DNA from: Okamejei kenojei
Lineage: Eukaryota
NCBI GenBank assembly: GCA_035221665.1
Contig: CM069154.1
Location: forward strand, 5,208,001 to 5,272,000
DNA: 64,000 nucleotides
Reading direction: 5' to 3'
The translations under genes and the position numbers were made by a program. The notes under the pieces were generated by a model. The model did not search any database and was not told the origin of the DNA. It saw nothing but the letters and a program-made list of their open reading frames with translations. This document shows, one piece after another, positions 51,383 through 64,000 of the stretch (within the stretch, counting starts at the first letter, position 1; the number at the start of each line of letters is the position of its first letter).

Positions 51383-54300
51383 CTGTTGGGTGAAATTTAA
51401 TGCTGGAGATTTTTACAGAATCACATCAAAATATTCCCATAACCACCCCCCCCCTCCCCCCGCCAGACATAATTTCATGTTCATAAGTTATAGGAGAACA
51501 TTTAGGCCATTCGGTTCATCGTCTGTCCCGCCATTCAATCATGGCTGATCTATTTCTCCCTCTCAACCCAATTCTCCTGCCTTCTCCCCATAACCCCTGA
51601 CCCCTTTACGAACCAAGAATCTGTGAATCTCCGCCTTAAAAATACCCAATGACTTGGATTCCACAGCCATCTGTGGCAATGAATTCCACAGATTCCCCAT
51701 CCTCTAAAGAAATTCATCCACAACACCTTTGTTCAGGTATGTCCTTTGTAACAGGTACAGGTACAGGACAGTAGCGCAGGGGTAGAGATGCTGCCTTACA
51801 GCGCCAGAGACCCGCGTACGTGTGCAGTCTGTACGGTATTTGTACGTTCTCCCTCTGACCTGGTTTTCTCCGGGTGCTCCGGTTTCCTCCCATACTCCAA
51901 AGACGTGCAGGTTTGTAGGTTAATTGGCTTCGGTAAAAATCGTTCCTAGTGTATAGGATGGAACTAATGTGTGGGGTCAGCTTCGACTCGGTGGGTCGAA
52001 GCGCCTGTTTCCACGCTGTATCTCCAAACTAAACTAAAACGTCCTGTTATTTTGAGGCTGTGCACTCTGGTCCTAGACTCTCCCACCAGTGGAAAACATC
52101 CTCTCCACATTCACTCTATCTCCAGGCCTTTCACTATTCGTTAAGTTTCAATGTCCCCCTCATCCTAAAATGGGAGGTGGGAGGAAACTGGAGCATCCGG
52201 AAGAAACCCATATGTGACGGGGAGAAACTCCACAAAGACAGCATCCGAGGAAGGATCGTACTGTAAAAATCTTCTGTGCTGCATCTTCACTTTAAAAGCA
52301 TAGAACAGTACAGCACAAGAACAGGCCATTTGGCCCACAATCACCATGCTGAACATGATGCTATGACCAACCCCTATCTGCCTGCTCATCATCCATATCT
52401 TCCCATTCCCTGCATATCCATCTGCCCCTACCAAGGACTCTTAAAAACTGATTGACATAGTGGGGCATTCTCCCCATCCCCCTCCCCCCACCGCAGTCAG
52501 TCTGAAGAAGGGTCCCGGCCCAAAATATCACCTATCCATGTTCTCTAGAGATGCTGCCTGACCCGCTGAGTTACTCCAGCACTTTGTATCTTTTTTCTCT
52601 TACATGCATGTGCCAGTCCGAAAGTCTCTTAAATCCTCTGTTAAATCCCAGACTCTTGTCACAGTTCGTTTTAACTCTTGCTAAAATGTAAAGTTAATTG
52701 GTTCCTTTCTAGGCTCCTGGTCCTTTGGCTGAACAGCAGCGTATCATCACTTATTTAAATAACAAGAGCTAATCTTCACGTTAACATATAACTGCGCTAT
52801 GGTTCCATGACCATGTTGATGGGGCAGAATTAGGCTGTTCGGGCCATCATGTCTACTCTGCCATTCAATCATGGCTGATCTATCTCTCCCTCCTAATCCC
52901 ATTCTCCTGCCTTCTCCCAATAAATGCTGGAACCCGTATTAATCCGGAATCTGTCCATCTTAGCTTTCAGAAACAGCAGAAAGTAAAACATCGTGGTTCC
53001 AGAGAGAGAGAGGTCCTTGTTTGCCAATGAAGCGGTCTCATTCACTTTGGGGGATTAACTGTGGTTGGCAGAGGTTTGGACAGAAGACAAGCTGAACTGA
53101 AGCAGGTTTCCAGTGAGGGTATCCACAACTTGCGTGGTCATATCCCAATCCTGCCATCCTTAAAGATCAGTGTTGGGAGATGCACTTTTAAAATTAATAC
53201 TTTGTAATCCAATGTAGAATAAGGAACATTGACAAACAACCTGTTTTCACAACTTGCTGAACTTACAGCGCCAGAGACGTGGGTTCAATTGTGACTATGG
53301 GTGCTGTCTGTACGGGGTTTGTTCGTTCTCCCCATGACCGTGTGATTTTCTCCGGGTTGTTCCGGTTTCCTCGCACTATCCAAAGACGTGTGGATTTTGT
53401 AGGTTATCTGGCTTCGCTAAGTTGTAGATTGTCCCTAGTGTGTCGGATAGTCCTAGCGTTACGGGGTTGTCTCCAGAGAAGCTGTCTGACCCGCTGAGTT
53501 ACTCCGGCTTTTTTGTGTCTACCTTCGGTTTAAAACCGGCATCTGCAGTTTCTTTCCTAAACAGTTGAAATGATTCCTTCATGGCTGGGAAGAGTGCTGA
53601 TAAGATTTATCAGGATTTTTACCAGGACTCGAAGTTCTGAGCTACAAGGAGGATGTGTCTCACCCTGGCCACTCCCTCTTCTCCCCTCTCTCATCAGGCA
53701 AGAGGTACAGAAGTTTGAAAACGCACACCTGCGGATTCACGGAGTTTCTTCCTTCCTTCATGTTATCAATGAAACGGAACCTTCTTATTACTAACTAGAG
53801 AGTGATCCTGACATACCCATCTACCTCATTGGAGACCATTGCACCATCTTTAATTGGACTTTACTGGACTAACTTGCACTAAACTTACGGTATTTCCCTT
53901 TATCCTGTATCTGTACACTGTGGGTGGCTTGATTGTAATCACGTATTGTCCTTTAGCTGACTGGATGGCATGCCAGAAAAAAGTGTTTCATTGTGCCTTG
54001 GTCCATGTGATAAACTAAATGATAAACTAAACTAAATTTGGATAATCTAGGACTTTATATTCCTTGGAGCACAGGAGGCTGAGGGGTGATCTTATAGAGG
54101 TGTATACAATCATGAGGAGGAATTGATAGGGTGAGTTCAGAGTCTTTTACCCAGAGTAAAAGGGGAATCAAAATCCAGACAAGTTTAAATTGAGGGGGGA
54201 GGGATTTAATAGGAACCTAGGGGCAAGCTTTTTCACTCATGTGGATGTGAATGTGGTGGGTATATGGAACGAGCTGCCAAAGGAGGTAGCTAAGCGAGCT

Positions 54301-55216
54301 ACAATAACAAGACAATTGGGACAGGTACATGGATAGGAATGGTTGCTGTGGTTTACATGCTGCAAGTCCTCTCCTATCTCAATGTAGACAGACTTGGAAT
54401 ATCTTAAGGTATCATAATATCTTGGGGTGCAGTGGTAGAGTTGCTGCCTTACAGCACCAGACACCCGGGTTCGATCCTAACTACGGGGTGCTTGGTCTAT
54501 ATGGAGTTTTGTACGTCCTCCCCGTAACCTGCGTGGGTTTTCTTCAGGATCTCCAGTTTCCTCCCACACTCCAAAGACGTGCAGGTTTGTAGGCTAATGG
54601 ACTTGGTGTAATTGCAAATTGTCCCTGATGTGTAGGATGGTGTTAGTGTGCAGGAATCGCTGGTCGCCGCAGACCTGGTGGGCCGAAGGGGTTGGTTCAA
54701 TAGACAATAGACAATAGACAATAGGTACAGGAGTAGGCCATTCGGCCCTTTGAGCCAGCACCGCCGTTCAATGGCTGATCATCCCCAATCAGTACCCCGT
54801 TCCTGCCTTCTCCCCATATCCCCTGACTCCGCCATCGTTAAGATCCCTATCTCGCTCTCTCTTGAAAGTATCCAGAGAACCGGCCCTCCCACCGTCACTG
54901 TTCCTCTAAACTAAAACCAAACTTAGAAAAGCCAGTGTCAGCTGAGTGGCCTTTCAGTAATAAGGAGAGTACTGTGCCTTGAATTTCAATGGGCAGTTCT
55001 GGTTTTGGTTTTGCAGTTTTGAGCAATTTGTTATTGGTATGAGTAAAAATGGTGATTGTGCAATGAATGCAATCATTTACTGCATGTCAGCGGTGCTGGG
55101 AAAGTGTCAAGCATAGTGTGACCAGGAACGTGAGCTCCAATCGCAGAACTTTACATTGCGAAGATTGTAAGCATGATTGACTCAGGGTAAGAGAGTCAAA
55201 GGTTATGGGGAACCAC

Positions 55217-56720
55217 TCGCGAATGTGAAAACGAGGAATTATAGACCAGTTAGTCTTACATTGGTAGTGGGGTAGATGCTGGAATTGATTATTAAGGATG
55301 TTATAGCAGCGCATTTGGAACGCAGTGACAGGATCGGTCAAAGTCAGCATGGATTTATGAAGGGGAAATCATGCTTGACTAATCTTTTGGAATTTTTTGA
55401 GGATGTAACAGGTAGAATGGATAAGGAGGAGCCAGTGGATGATGAGTATCTGGACTTTCAAAAAGCCTTTGACAAGGTCCCACACAAGAGATTAGCGTGC
55501 AAAATTAGAGCACATAGTATTGGGCGTAGGGCATTGACATGGATAGAGAACTGGCTGGCAGACAGGAAGCAAAGGGTAGGAATTAACGGGTCTTTTTCAG
55601 AATGGCAGGCAGTGACTAGTGGGGTGCCACAAGGCTCGGTGCTGAGACCCCAGTTATTTACAATATATATTATCAATTTAGATGAGGGAATTAAATGTAA
55701 ACATTACTAAGTTTGCGGATGACACAAAGCTGGGTGGCAGTGTGAGCTGCAAGGAGGATGCTAAGAGGCTGCAGGGTGACTTGGATCGGTTTAGTGAGTG
55801 GGCAGAGGCATGGCAGATGGAGTATAATGTGGATAAATGTGAGGTTATCCACTTTGGTGGCAAGAACAGGAAGGCAGATTATTATCTGAATGGTGTCAGA
55901 TTAGGAGAAGGGGAGGAGCAACAAGACCCTGGGTGTGCTTGTACATCAGTCACTGAAAGTTAAGCATGCAGGTACAGCAGGCAGTGAAGGAAAGCCAATC
56001 ATTGGCCATCATTGCAAGAGGATTTGGGTTTTGGAGCCAAGGAAGTTCTACTGCAGTTTGTACAGGGCCCTGGTGAGACCACACCTGGAGTATTGTGTCC
56101 AGTTTCGGTCTTCCTAATTTGAAAAAGTACATTATTGCTATTGAGTGAGTGCAGTGTGATGTTCACCAGGTTAATCCCAGGATGACAGGGACTGACATAT
56201 GATGAAAGAAATGGTTCAACTGGGCTTGTATTTGCTGGAAAATTAGAAGGATGAGTGGGGATCTTATTAGAAAACATTAAACATTCTTGGAGGATTGGAC
56301 AGGTTAGATGCAGGAAAAATGTTTCTCGATGTTTGGGGAGTCCAGAAACCAGGGGTTATTGTTTAAAAATAAGGAGTATGGGCATTTTAGACTGAGATGA
56401 GGAAAAATCTTTTCACCCAGAGAGTTATGAATCTGTGGAATTCTCTGCCACCAAAGGCAGTGGAGGCCAATTCACTGCATTGTATTCAAGAGAGAGTTAG
56501 ATTTAGCTCACTTAGGGTTAAGGGAATCAGGTGATATGGGAAATAGCTGGAACGGGATACTGATATCACTGAACCTTAATTGGTGCATGTGGACAGTAAA
56601 TGTGAACTTGAATTTGATTTTTGGATGATCAGCCATGATCATATTGAATGGCGGTGCTGGCTCAAAGGGCCGAATGGCCTACTCCTGCACCTATTTTCTA
56701 TGTTTGATGTTTTCTATGTA
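55217..56720 (+). mobile_element. 5'-truncated CR1/HER1-like LINE
   Basis: [40 protein letters not shown]; ttctatgt tail; many indels. Confidence 0.92.
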
Positions 56721-58977
56721 CTGTTCAGTACAAGTATCACTATACATAAAGCACTTAGGACATATCTTAGATAAGCATCTCAGATACAGTACAAGTGTAT
56801 AGCACTGGTGCATTGAGACAGTGTGCAGAGTTTAGCTCCCATACCTGCAGGAAAACCACAGTGAGGGCATTTTGTGACAGTGCTGCACTGATAGTGAAGC
56901 ATTTTAAAAAAATTTTTGAAAACTTGAAAAACTGTTAAAATTACAACTAAATGTGTCCTGTTCTCCTCTGCTAGACGAACAAGAGCAATGAGAATTGCCA
57001 GCAGAAATGTGGTGTGTTGTTTAAATATTTAAAGTTGTTTGGATGGTCAGTAATCAATAATTGCATTCAATCAACCCCCCACCCCTCCTCACCTGTATCC
57101 ACCCATCACTCAACCACATTTTGTGCCCCCCCCACTCCCACGCCTCTTCCCAGTTTAATAATCAGAGGCTTTTTCACGAGGGTCAGCACGGTGACGCAGC
57201 GGTAGAGTTGCTGCTTGGAGGACATTGCTATTGAAACAACTTCTCTTTTCCACATGAGTAGTGAAGCTCGATTGTAGACCGATGGTCCTTATGATGCAGC
57301 TGACTTTGCTTCAAGCTGTTGATTTTTCCCATTTCTCATCTAATAATGTAATGCTTTAGTTTGTGTTTTAGTTTAGAAATACAGTGGTGGAAAACGGGTC
57401 CTTCGGCCCGCTGAGTCCACATCGACCAGCGATCGCCCACGGCACTAGTTCTATCCTACACACTACGGGCAATTTACAGAAGCCAATTAACCTGCACATC
57501 TTTGGAATGGGAGGAAGGCCAGAGAAAGCCCACGCGATCACAGGGAAAACGTACAAACTCCACACGGACAGAACCCGTGGTCAGGATCGTAGCTGGGTCT
57601 TCTGCGCCTGCAGCATGAGGGCAGCAAAATCTACCGCTGTGGCACTTTGCTTTAGACTTTAGAGAGATAGAGGCCCTTTCGGCCCACTGAGGCTTTTAGA
57701 TAGTATGGTATGGTACGGTTATTTGTCATGTAACGAGGTACAGTGAAATTCATTTTTGTTACATTTCAGTACAAGTATAAGATAGGCACATGGACATGCA
57801 GGGGGTGGAGGGATAGTGGACTATGTGCAGGCAGATGAGATCAGTTTAACTTTGGCCTCATGTTTTTTGGCCCATGGACAATGTGGGCCGAAGGGCCTGT
57901 TCCTGTGCTGTTCTGTGTTCTACGTCCATCCGCAAAACCACCTTCGACAAAGTCAGTAGGATCTTGGGCTCACCAGGTATTCAGAAGACAAGTGTACTTT
58001 ATTGTATGCTTACAACATCTCCCATGTCATCTGTAGATGTTTCACTACAAAACATTTGAACATATTTACACAATCTCTCACTTGCGATTCCTGTTCTTCA
58101 TACACATATTTGCAAGCCACTGCGCTTCGCGTAAACATTCACAAAATACAGGGAAATTAAAGCAATGGAAATTAAAGCAATTAAAGCAGTGGAAAGCACG
58201 TGGTCCTGTTTCCGCACTGTCTGACTCTGTGACTTAGTAACAGAACTGTTTTTCTTGGTAAACTGGATGGTGGAAGGTCAACCAGTGAGTTTTAACAACA
58301 AGCCGACAGTTTTGTGTCCAACAGTACATATACATATTTATTTTTTAATCACAAATTAATAGCAGTTCAAATTCCACAGCTGTTCTAATTGAGGCAAAAG
58401 AAAAATGGTGGAAAATCTCAACATGTTCGGCGGGCATTTGTGGAAGCGGAACGGAGTGATGAAATCCCTGGAATAACCTGCTACTGACGGTAGGGATTAT
58501 TGAGGCTGGATAATTAGGGGTATTTAAAGAAGGAGTTTGAAGGGGCAGGGAGTCGAGGGCATTGAGGAAACTGAGGGACACAGGAGAGGAGATGAGGTTG
58601 GAGGCAGATCAGCCATTATTGTGTTGAATGGTGGATATTGGCTTGAAGGGCTGAATGGCTATTTCTGCTCTTATTTTCCCTACGTTGAATACTAACTCAA
58701 CAAGAGACATACAGCACGGACCAGGCCATTTGGCCCAATTTGTCCTTGCCAACCATCTCTTGATATTGGGGGTCCCTACCACTTACCCGCATTTGGCCCA
58801 TATCCCTCTAAACCTTTCCTATCCATGTAATCTATCCAAATGTCTTTTTAAATGTTGTTAATATTCCTGCCTCAAACTACCTCCTCTAGCAGCTTGTTCT
58901 TACACCCACCACTCTGAATGAAAAGGTTGAACCTCGGGTTCCTACTAAAAATCTTTACCCTCCACCTTAAGGTCACG

Positions 58978-60379
58978 AAACTATCATGTATCTCTGTTTT
59001 TCTATCTCCATCAGGTGCTGCATGACCTGCTGAGTGTTTTTTTCATTTTCATTTTCGGCACGGATATTGTGGGCCGAAGGCCTGTTGTACTTATCTATGT
59101 TCTATCTTTTATCAGATTCCCCAAATCTGCAGTTATCTGATGACCATGCACTGTTCTTGGTGAGATCTGAACGCAAATGTCTGGATTTGTGGGTAAGCAA
59201 AGACAATTTTACCAGACTGTCCGTTTCAATGCATTCTTGGTGTTCTTCCGGTAGAATTAAATTATTATCTGTGGAAGAATTGTGGCGTAAACAAAACTTT
59301 GCGGCCCTTGGCTCTTGGCTTGTCCCTTGTGTGTTCAGATCCTGGAAGGTTCATGTAAGTTATTCTCCTTGCTAAGCTTGAGGGAAACGCGTTGTCACGG
59401 TGGTATAAATGACAGGGGTTGCCTATTGGAGTCAAGTGAGAAAACATAATTACTTTAAAGATAGTGTCAGAAGGTAGACAAAAATGCTGGAAGAAAAAAA
59501 CTCAGCGTGTGAGGCAGCATCATGGAGGCGGAAGGTTTAGGTGACGGTTGTCGGGTCGAGGGACCCTTTCAGTGAGTACTGGGGAAGTGGGCGGGGGGTT
59601 ACAGAGATAAATTGTTAGGGTTTTACGACCCGGAAACGTCAACTTTTCCTTCGCTCCATTAGTGCTGCCTCACCGCTGTGTTTTTCTCCAGTCATTTTTG
59701 TATAACTTCGATTTTTTCCAGCATGCATGATGTTCTCTTCTTAAAGATAGTGTCAGGAGTGTGTTATTGTCATACTTGTCTCAAGTTGTGTTGTGGAGGA
59801 GGAGGAGAGGGACACAATACACACACAACACACACGTAAAAGTGGCAAAAATGAATAAAAAACCTATACCCCCAAGGGATAATTAGTTGGACCATATTTG
59901 GGGGTGATTGTGTTTAATAGCCTCATGGCTGTAGGGGATGATAGCTGTTCCTGAAACCTGGGGACGTTCCAGTTTTGTGGATGACGATGGCAGTGGTTGA
60001 AAGGAGGGAGCGCGGCCAGGGTTTGCTAGGGGGTCTCGATGGCTGCTGTCTGCCTTTTTTTGAGAAACAGGCATACAAAAATTCAGAGGTTAACACTCTG
60101 GGAGAAAAAGGAATAGTTGGGCATTTTGGGTCGAGAACCTTACGTTCAGACCTAAACATATATTAACTTAGTTTAGTTTTAGAGATGCTGATTGGAAACA
60201 GGCCCCTTGGCCACCAAGTCACGTGACCATCAGTCCCAACCCATTCACCAGTTGTTTCCATGTTATCCGCTTTCGCATCCTACCACACTGGGGGGCAATT
60301 TACAGACAGCAATTAATCTTCAAACTGACCGTCATTGGAATTGTGGGAGCAAAACCGGATCACCCGGGAGCAAACCGGC
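58978..60379. repeat. Left arm of an inverted duplication; reverse complement of about 62555-64000
   Basis: Unique and repeat segments are colinear in reverse complement, with dense small indels. Confidence 0.9.
59258..59422 (-). CDS. Terminal cytoplasmic exon with ITIM-type motifs (indel-corrupted)
   Basis: Acceptor CTCCAATAG|GCA; reads ATPVIYTTVTT, then across indels TYMNL and VYATIL. Confidence 0.6.
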
Positions 60380-60879
60380 NNNNNNNNNNNNNNNNNNNNN
60401 NNNNNNNNNNNNNNNNNNNNNNNNNNNNNNNNNNNNNNNNNNNNNNNNNNNNNNNNNNNNNNNNNNNNNNNNNNNNNNNNNNNNNNNNNNNNNNNNNNNN
60501 NNNNNNNNNNNNNNNNNNNNNNNNNNNNNNNNNNNNNNNNNNNNNNNNNNNNNNNNNNNNNNNNNNNNNNNNNNNNNNNNNNNNNNNNNNNNNNNNNNNN
60601 NNNNNNNNNNNNNNNNNNNNNNNNNNNNNNNNNNNNNNNNNNNNNNNNNNNNNNNNNNNNNNNNNNNNNNNNNNNNNNNNNNNNNNNNNNNNNNNNNNNN
60701 NNNNNNNNNNNNNNNNNNNNNNNNNNNNNNNNNNNNNNNNNNNNNNNNNNNNNNNNNNNNNNNNNNNNNNNNNNNNNNNNNNNNNNNNNNNNNNNNNNNN
60801 NNNNNNNNNNNNNNNNNNNNNNNNNNNNNNNNNNNNNNNNNNNNNNNNNNNNNNNNNNNNNNNNNNNNNNNNNNNNNNN
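60380..60879. other. Scaffolding gap (500 N)
   Basis: Run of exactly 500 N. Confidence 1.
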
Positions 60880-61670
60880 TTGAAGTATGGTTGTGTAAAG
60901 TTGGAGTGGATTTAATTGAAGTTTAGGCGGTGGTTTACGGAGATTATATAGAACCTGCTGAAAGAGAAAAGTATTGACGGGTATAAGGATATTTAAGAAA
61001 CGCAATATTAAGATAATTAAGGAAGTTGACAGTGGCATCAATGGAAAAGATTAAAGAACCCAAGGATAACTACAAAATTGTTCATCCCTGTCTGGTGAAA
61101 AAAATAAAACTGGAGAAGTCAATCTCGAAGTGACTGATGAGTAAAGTCACGAAGTGTTAAGATCCAAATGAAGAGGCATATAAATTTGGCCAAAAGAAGT
61201 GGCAAAACCAAAGGACTGGGAGAATGTAGATCTCAAACAGGGAGATAAAGGGGTTTAATTAAAAGGGTGAATAAGACAAGAAAGAAAGCTTGCGGGGAAT
61301 ATAAAAACAGACTTTCTAAAACTTTCTTCTTTAGGTATTAAAAAGGAAAAGATTTGTGAAGGCGGAAGTAAGTCCCTTACAGTCCAAGAGACAGGTGGAT
61401 TTATAATGGGAAACAAGGGAATGACAGAACAGGTTTAAACTAGTACTTTGGTTCGTTTCACTGAGGAAGACACAACCAATCTCCCCGGAAATACTGTGGG
61501 GTCCGAGGATTCTAGTGGGATGGAGGAAATTAAGGCAATCCACACTAGTCAGTAAAATGGGTGTTTAGGGTAAACTTTTAGGACTGAAGGGCCAATAAAT
61601 CCCCCAGGAGCCCCCCCCTGATGGTCTGCGAACCCAATGTACTCAAGGAAGCAGCCCTAGAAATCGGTGA
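60880..61670 (+). mobile_element. CR1-like LINE internal fragment, low-quality sequence
   Basis: Degenerate tether region ending in KSPGPDG-like coding (aaatcccccagg..cctgatggtctg..gtactcaaggaa). Confidence 0.7.
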
Positions 61671-62056
61671 AGGGTAAAAATCACAAACAGCGAACCATCA
61701 AATGAGTGAGCCCGGCGAAACCCCACTTTCCCCAGAATGCGGGAACTCCTCATGGTTGACCAATGAAGGCGACTTCCTTCTTTCCCCCGGCAATCACCCC
61801 ATCAACCCGCGAACATGTGGCGGACATATGGCGACTTGTGGCGACTGGCATTGTCACCCCCTCCTGCAGTCGCCTAAAAAGTCTCCTCCTAAGTGGGACA
61901 AGGTAAAAAAAAAAGAGAGAGGCCCATTAACTTTTCATGAAAAGGTGCATCAATAAATGACATCACTAGGGATAAAAAATGCATTAACATGTATCCTTTT
62001 TTGCGTGACTTCAAATGAAGTCCATATGAGAATTAATTATCAGTTATATTTTTCAG

Positions 62057-62142
62057 GGCAGGCTCGAAATGGTACAGAGAAGAAATTATGAATCAGGAAA
62101 ATCCAGCAGAGAAGAGTTTCACATCAAATCAATTCACTCACG
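62057..62142 (+). CDS. Candidate cytoplasmic exon upstream of the plus-strand ITIM exon copy
   Basis: Strong acceptor TTATATTTTTCAG|G and donor ACG|GTAAGA in non-repetitive sequence; frame uncertain because of read errors. Confidence 0.35.
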
Positions 62143-63549
62143 GTAAGAGGGCAATGCCCACACAGCATGTTATGGCCGCAGGGAAATAAAAAACAAAACA
62201 AGAACCTTACTGGATACATTAGTCCCTGAACGGCCGCACATCACATGACCTATCGATCAACTTGACTACCTTTTGACTGCTTATAACATGGGCACCTTTG
62301 TTTTTTTTTTGTATGGGGGTGGGTGGGGGGGTGGGGGGGAGGGGGGTGGTGGTGGGGGGGGGGGGGGGGGTTGGTGTGTTGTTGGTGAGGTGTTGGAAAT
62401 GAATCGTTACCATCCTTGTCGGTCGGTTTCCCTTCGTCGCTCTGGACTTGGGAGGACCCAGGCAACCACAACTCAACGCAACAACATCTGGGTTCCATCC
62501 TACCTCGGATGTTGTCCCTGTGCATGTTTGCACGTTCTTTCCCCTGTGACCGCCCCCCGGGTTTTCTCCGGGTGATCCGGTTTGCCCCACATTCCAATGA
62601 CTGCAGGTTTGTAAAAAAAGCTTAATTGGCTTCTGTAAATTGCCCTCCAGTGTGTAGGATGCGAAAGCGGGATAACATGAACAAAACTGTGAATTGGGTG
62701 ACTGGATTGGTCTTGGGGGGGGGGGGGGGGGGGGACGGTGGACTTGGTGGCCTAGGGGCCTGTTTCCTTCAGCAATCTCTAAACTAAACTAAGTAATTAT
62801 TTTAGGGGTTCTGACGAAGGGTCTCGACCCCAAAAATGCCACCTATTCCCTTTTTCCCCTCTCCAGAAGATGTTACTATTACTCACTTTCCTGCATTTTT
62901 GTGATGCTGTTCTCAAAAAGGCAGTCCCAGCAATCAATCAATCGAGGACCCTCACACCCTGGCCGCTGCCTCATCCTTGTCCACCTCTGCCAATCGGCAG
63001 TCCCAAAAACTGGAACGTACCAGGTTCAGGAACAGCTTCATTCCCTACAGCCAGAGCTATTAAACACAACAACCCCCAAATATTGGTCCAAACTAATTAG
63101 TCTTGGGGGCATTGGTTTAATCTTTTTTTTTGCACTTTTACGTGGTGTGTGTGTTGTGTATGTTGTGTCTCTCTCTCTCTTTCCTCACACATCTGAGACA
63201 TATGACAATAAAACACTCCTGACACTATCTATTAAGAAAGAAACTGCAATCTGGAAAATCGAAGGTAGACAAAAATGCTGGAGAATCTCAGCGTGTGAGT
63301 CAGCATCTATGGAGCGAAAAGGAATAGGTTACGTTTCCGGGTCGAAACCCTATCATTTTATCTCTGTAACCCCCCCCCGCCCACCTCCCCTGACAACAGT
63401 CCTGAAGGTCTCGACCCGAAAACGTCAACCTAAACCTCGCTCCATTAGATTTCTATGGCCTCACACGCCTGGGGAGTTCTCCAGCATTTTTGTCTACCCT
63501 ACTGCCACTATCTTTTTAAGTAATTATGTTTTCTCACTTGACTCCAAAG

Positions 63550-63715
63550 GCAACCCCTGTTCCATTTATTACCACCGTGACAACGACGTTCCCCCAGCTA
63601 GCACGGAGAATACTTACATGAACCTTCAGGATCTGAACACACAAGGACAAACCAATAGGCAAGGTGCCGCAGAAGTTGGTGTACGCAACAATTCTCACTG
63701 ATAATAAATTAATTT
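63550..63715 (+). CDS. Inverted second copy of the ITIM-bearing exon (indel-corrupted)
   Basis: ORF track shows PASTENTYMNLQDLNTQGQT..QGAAEV and, in the next frame, LVYATIL. Confidence 0.55.
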
Positions 63716-64000
63716 CAAGCACCAGAGAACACCAAGAATACAATTGGAAACGGACAGTCCTGGTAAAAATGTCTTTGCTTACCCACAAATCCAGACATTT
63801 GCGTAGATCTCACCAAGAACAGTGCATGGTCATCAAGATAACTGCAGATGTGGGGAATCTGATCAAAGATAGAACATAATAAGTACAACAGGCCCCTTCG
63901 GCCCACAATAATCCTGCCAGAAAATGAAAAATGAAAAAACACTCACAGTCAGGCGCTCCTGTGGAGATAGAAAAACAGAGATAACATAATAGTTGTCGAT

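Noticed and set aside
60192-61041. Long ORFs of 182-244 aa
   Set aside because: They run through the 500-N gap and are artefacts.
61690-61901. Apparent IWRLV..W TM-like coding ahead of a donor-like site
   Set aside because: The GGCGAC/GTCGCC-rich sequence ending AAGTGGGACA looks like a dispersed palindromic repeat, and the sequence quality is too poor.
62901-63701. 266-aa plus-strand ORF
   Set aside because: Mostly read-through of repeat fragments in error-rich sequence; only its last ~40 codons overlap the ITIM exon.

Overview
Eukaryotic, repeat-dense genomic DNA. The HE1-like V-SINEs, HER1/CR1-like tails, Deu-domain SINE remnants and Penelope-derived elements point to a cartilaginous fish, probably a skate or ray (inference). 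Among the repeats is a minus-strand cluster of CD300/pIgR/TREM-like immunoglobulin-superfamily receptor genes. It has five phase-1/phase-1 V-set exons (14246-14566, 15443-15759, 16590-16913, 49414-49727, 51071-51382; two are frameshifted) and two paralogous leader exons (1085-1181 intact; 19137-25614 split by an L1). It also has two paralogous Arg-containing transmembrane exons (9584-9690, 35863-35969) and a cytoplasmic exon with ITIM-type tyrosine motifs, present as two error-laden inverted copies either side of a 500-N gap (about 59258-59422 minus, about 63550-63715 plus). The cluster has grown by 1.2-kb exon duplication and larger segmental duplication. Mobile elements include L1 (one with a 5' inversion, one with a ~210-bp flanking duplication), a Rex1-like LINE, CR1, two IR/DR Tc1 copies (one holding a nested L1/CR1 stack), a hAT-like MITE and Penelope-derived elements with hammerhead-like cores. 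Sequence quality is visibly poor beyond about 55 kb, so single-base frameshifts need caution. All calls were made by eye; no database search was run.
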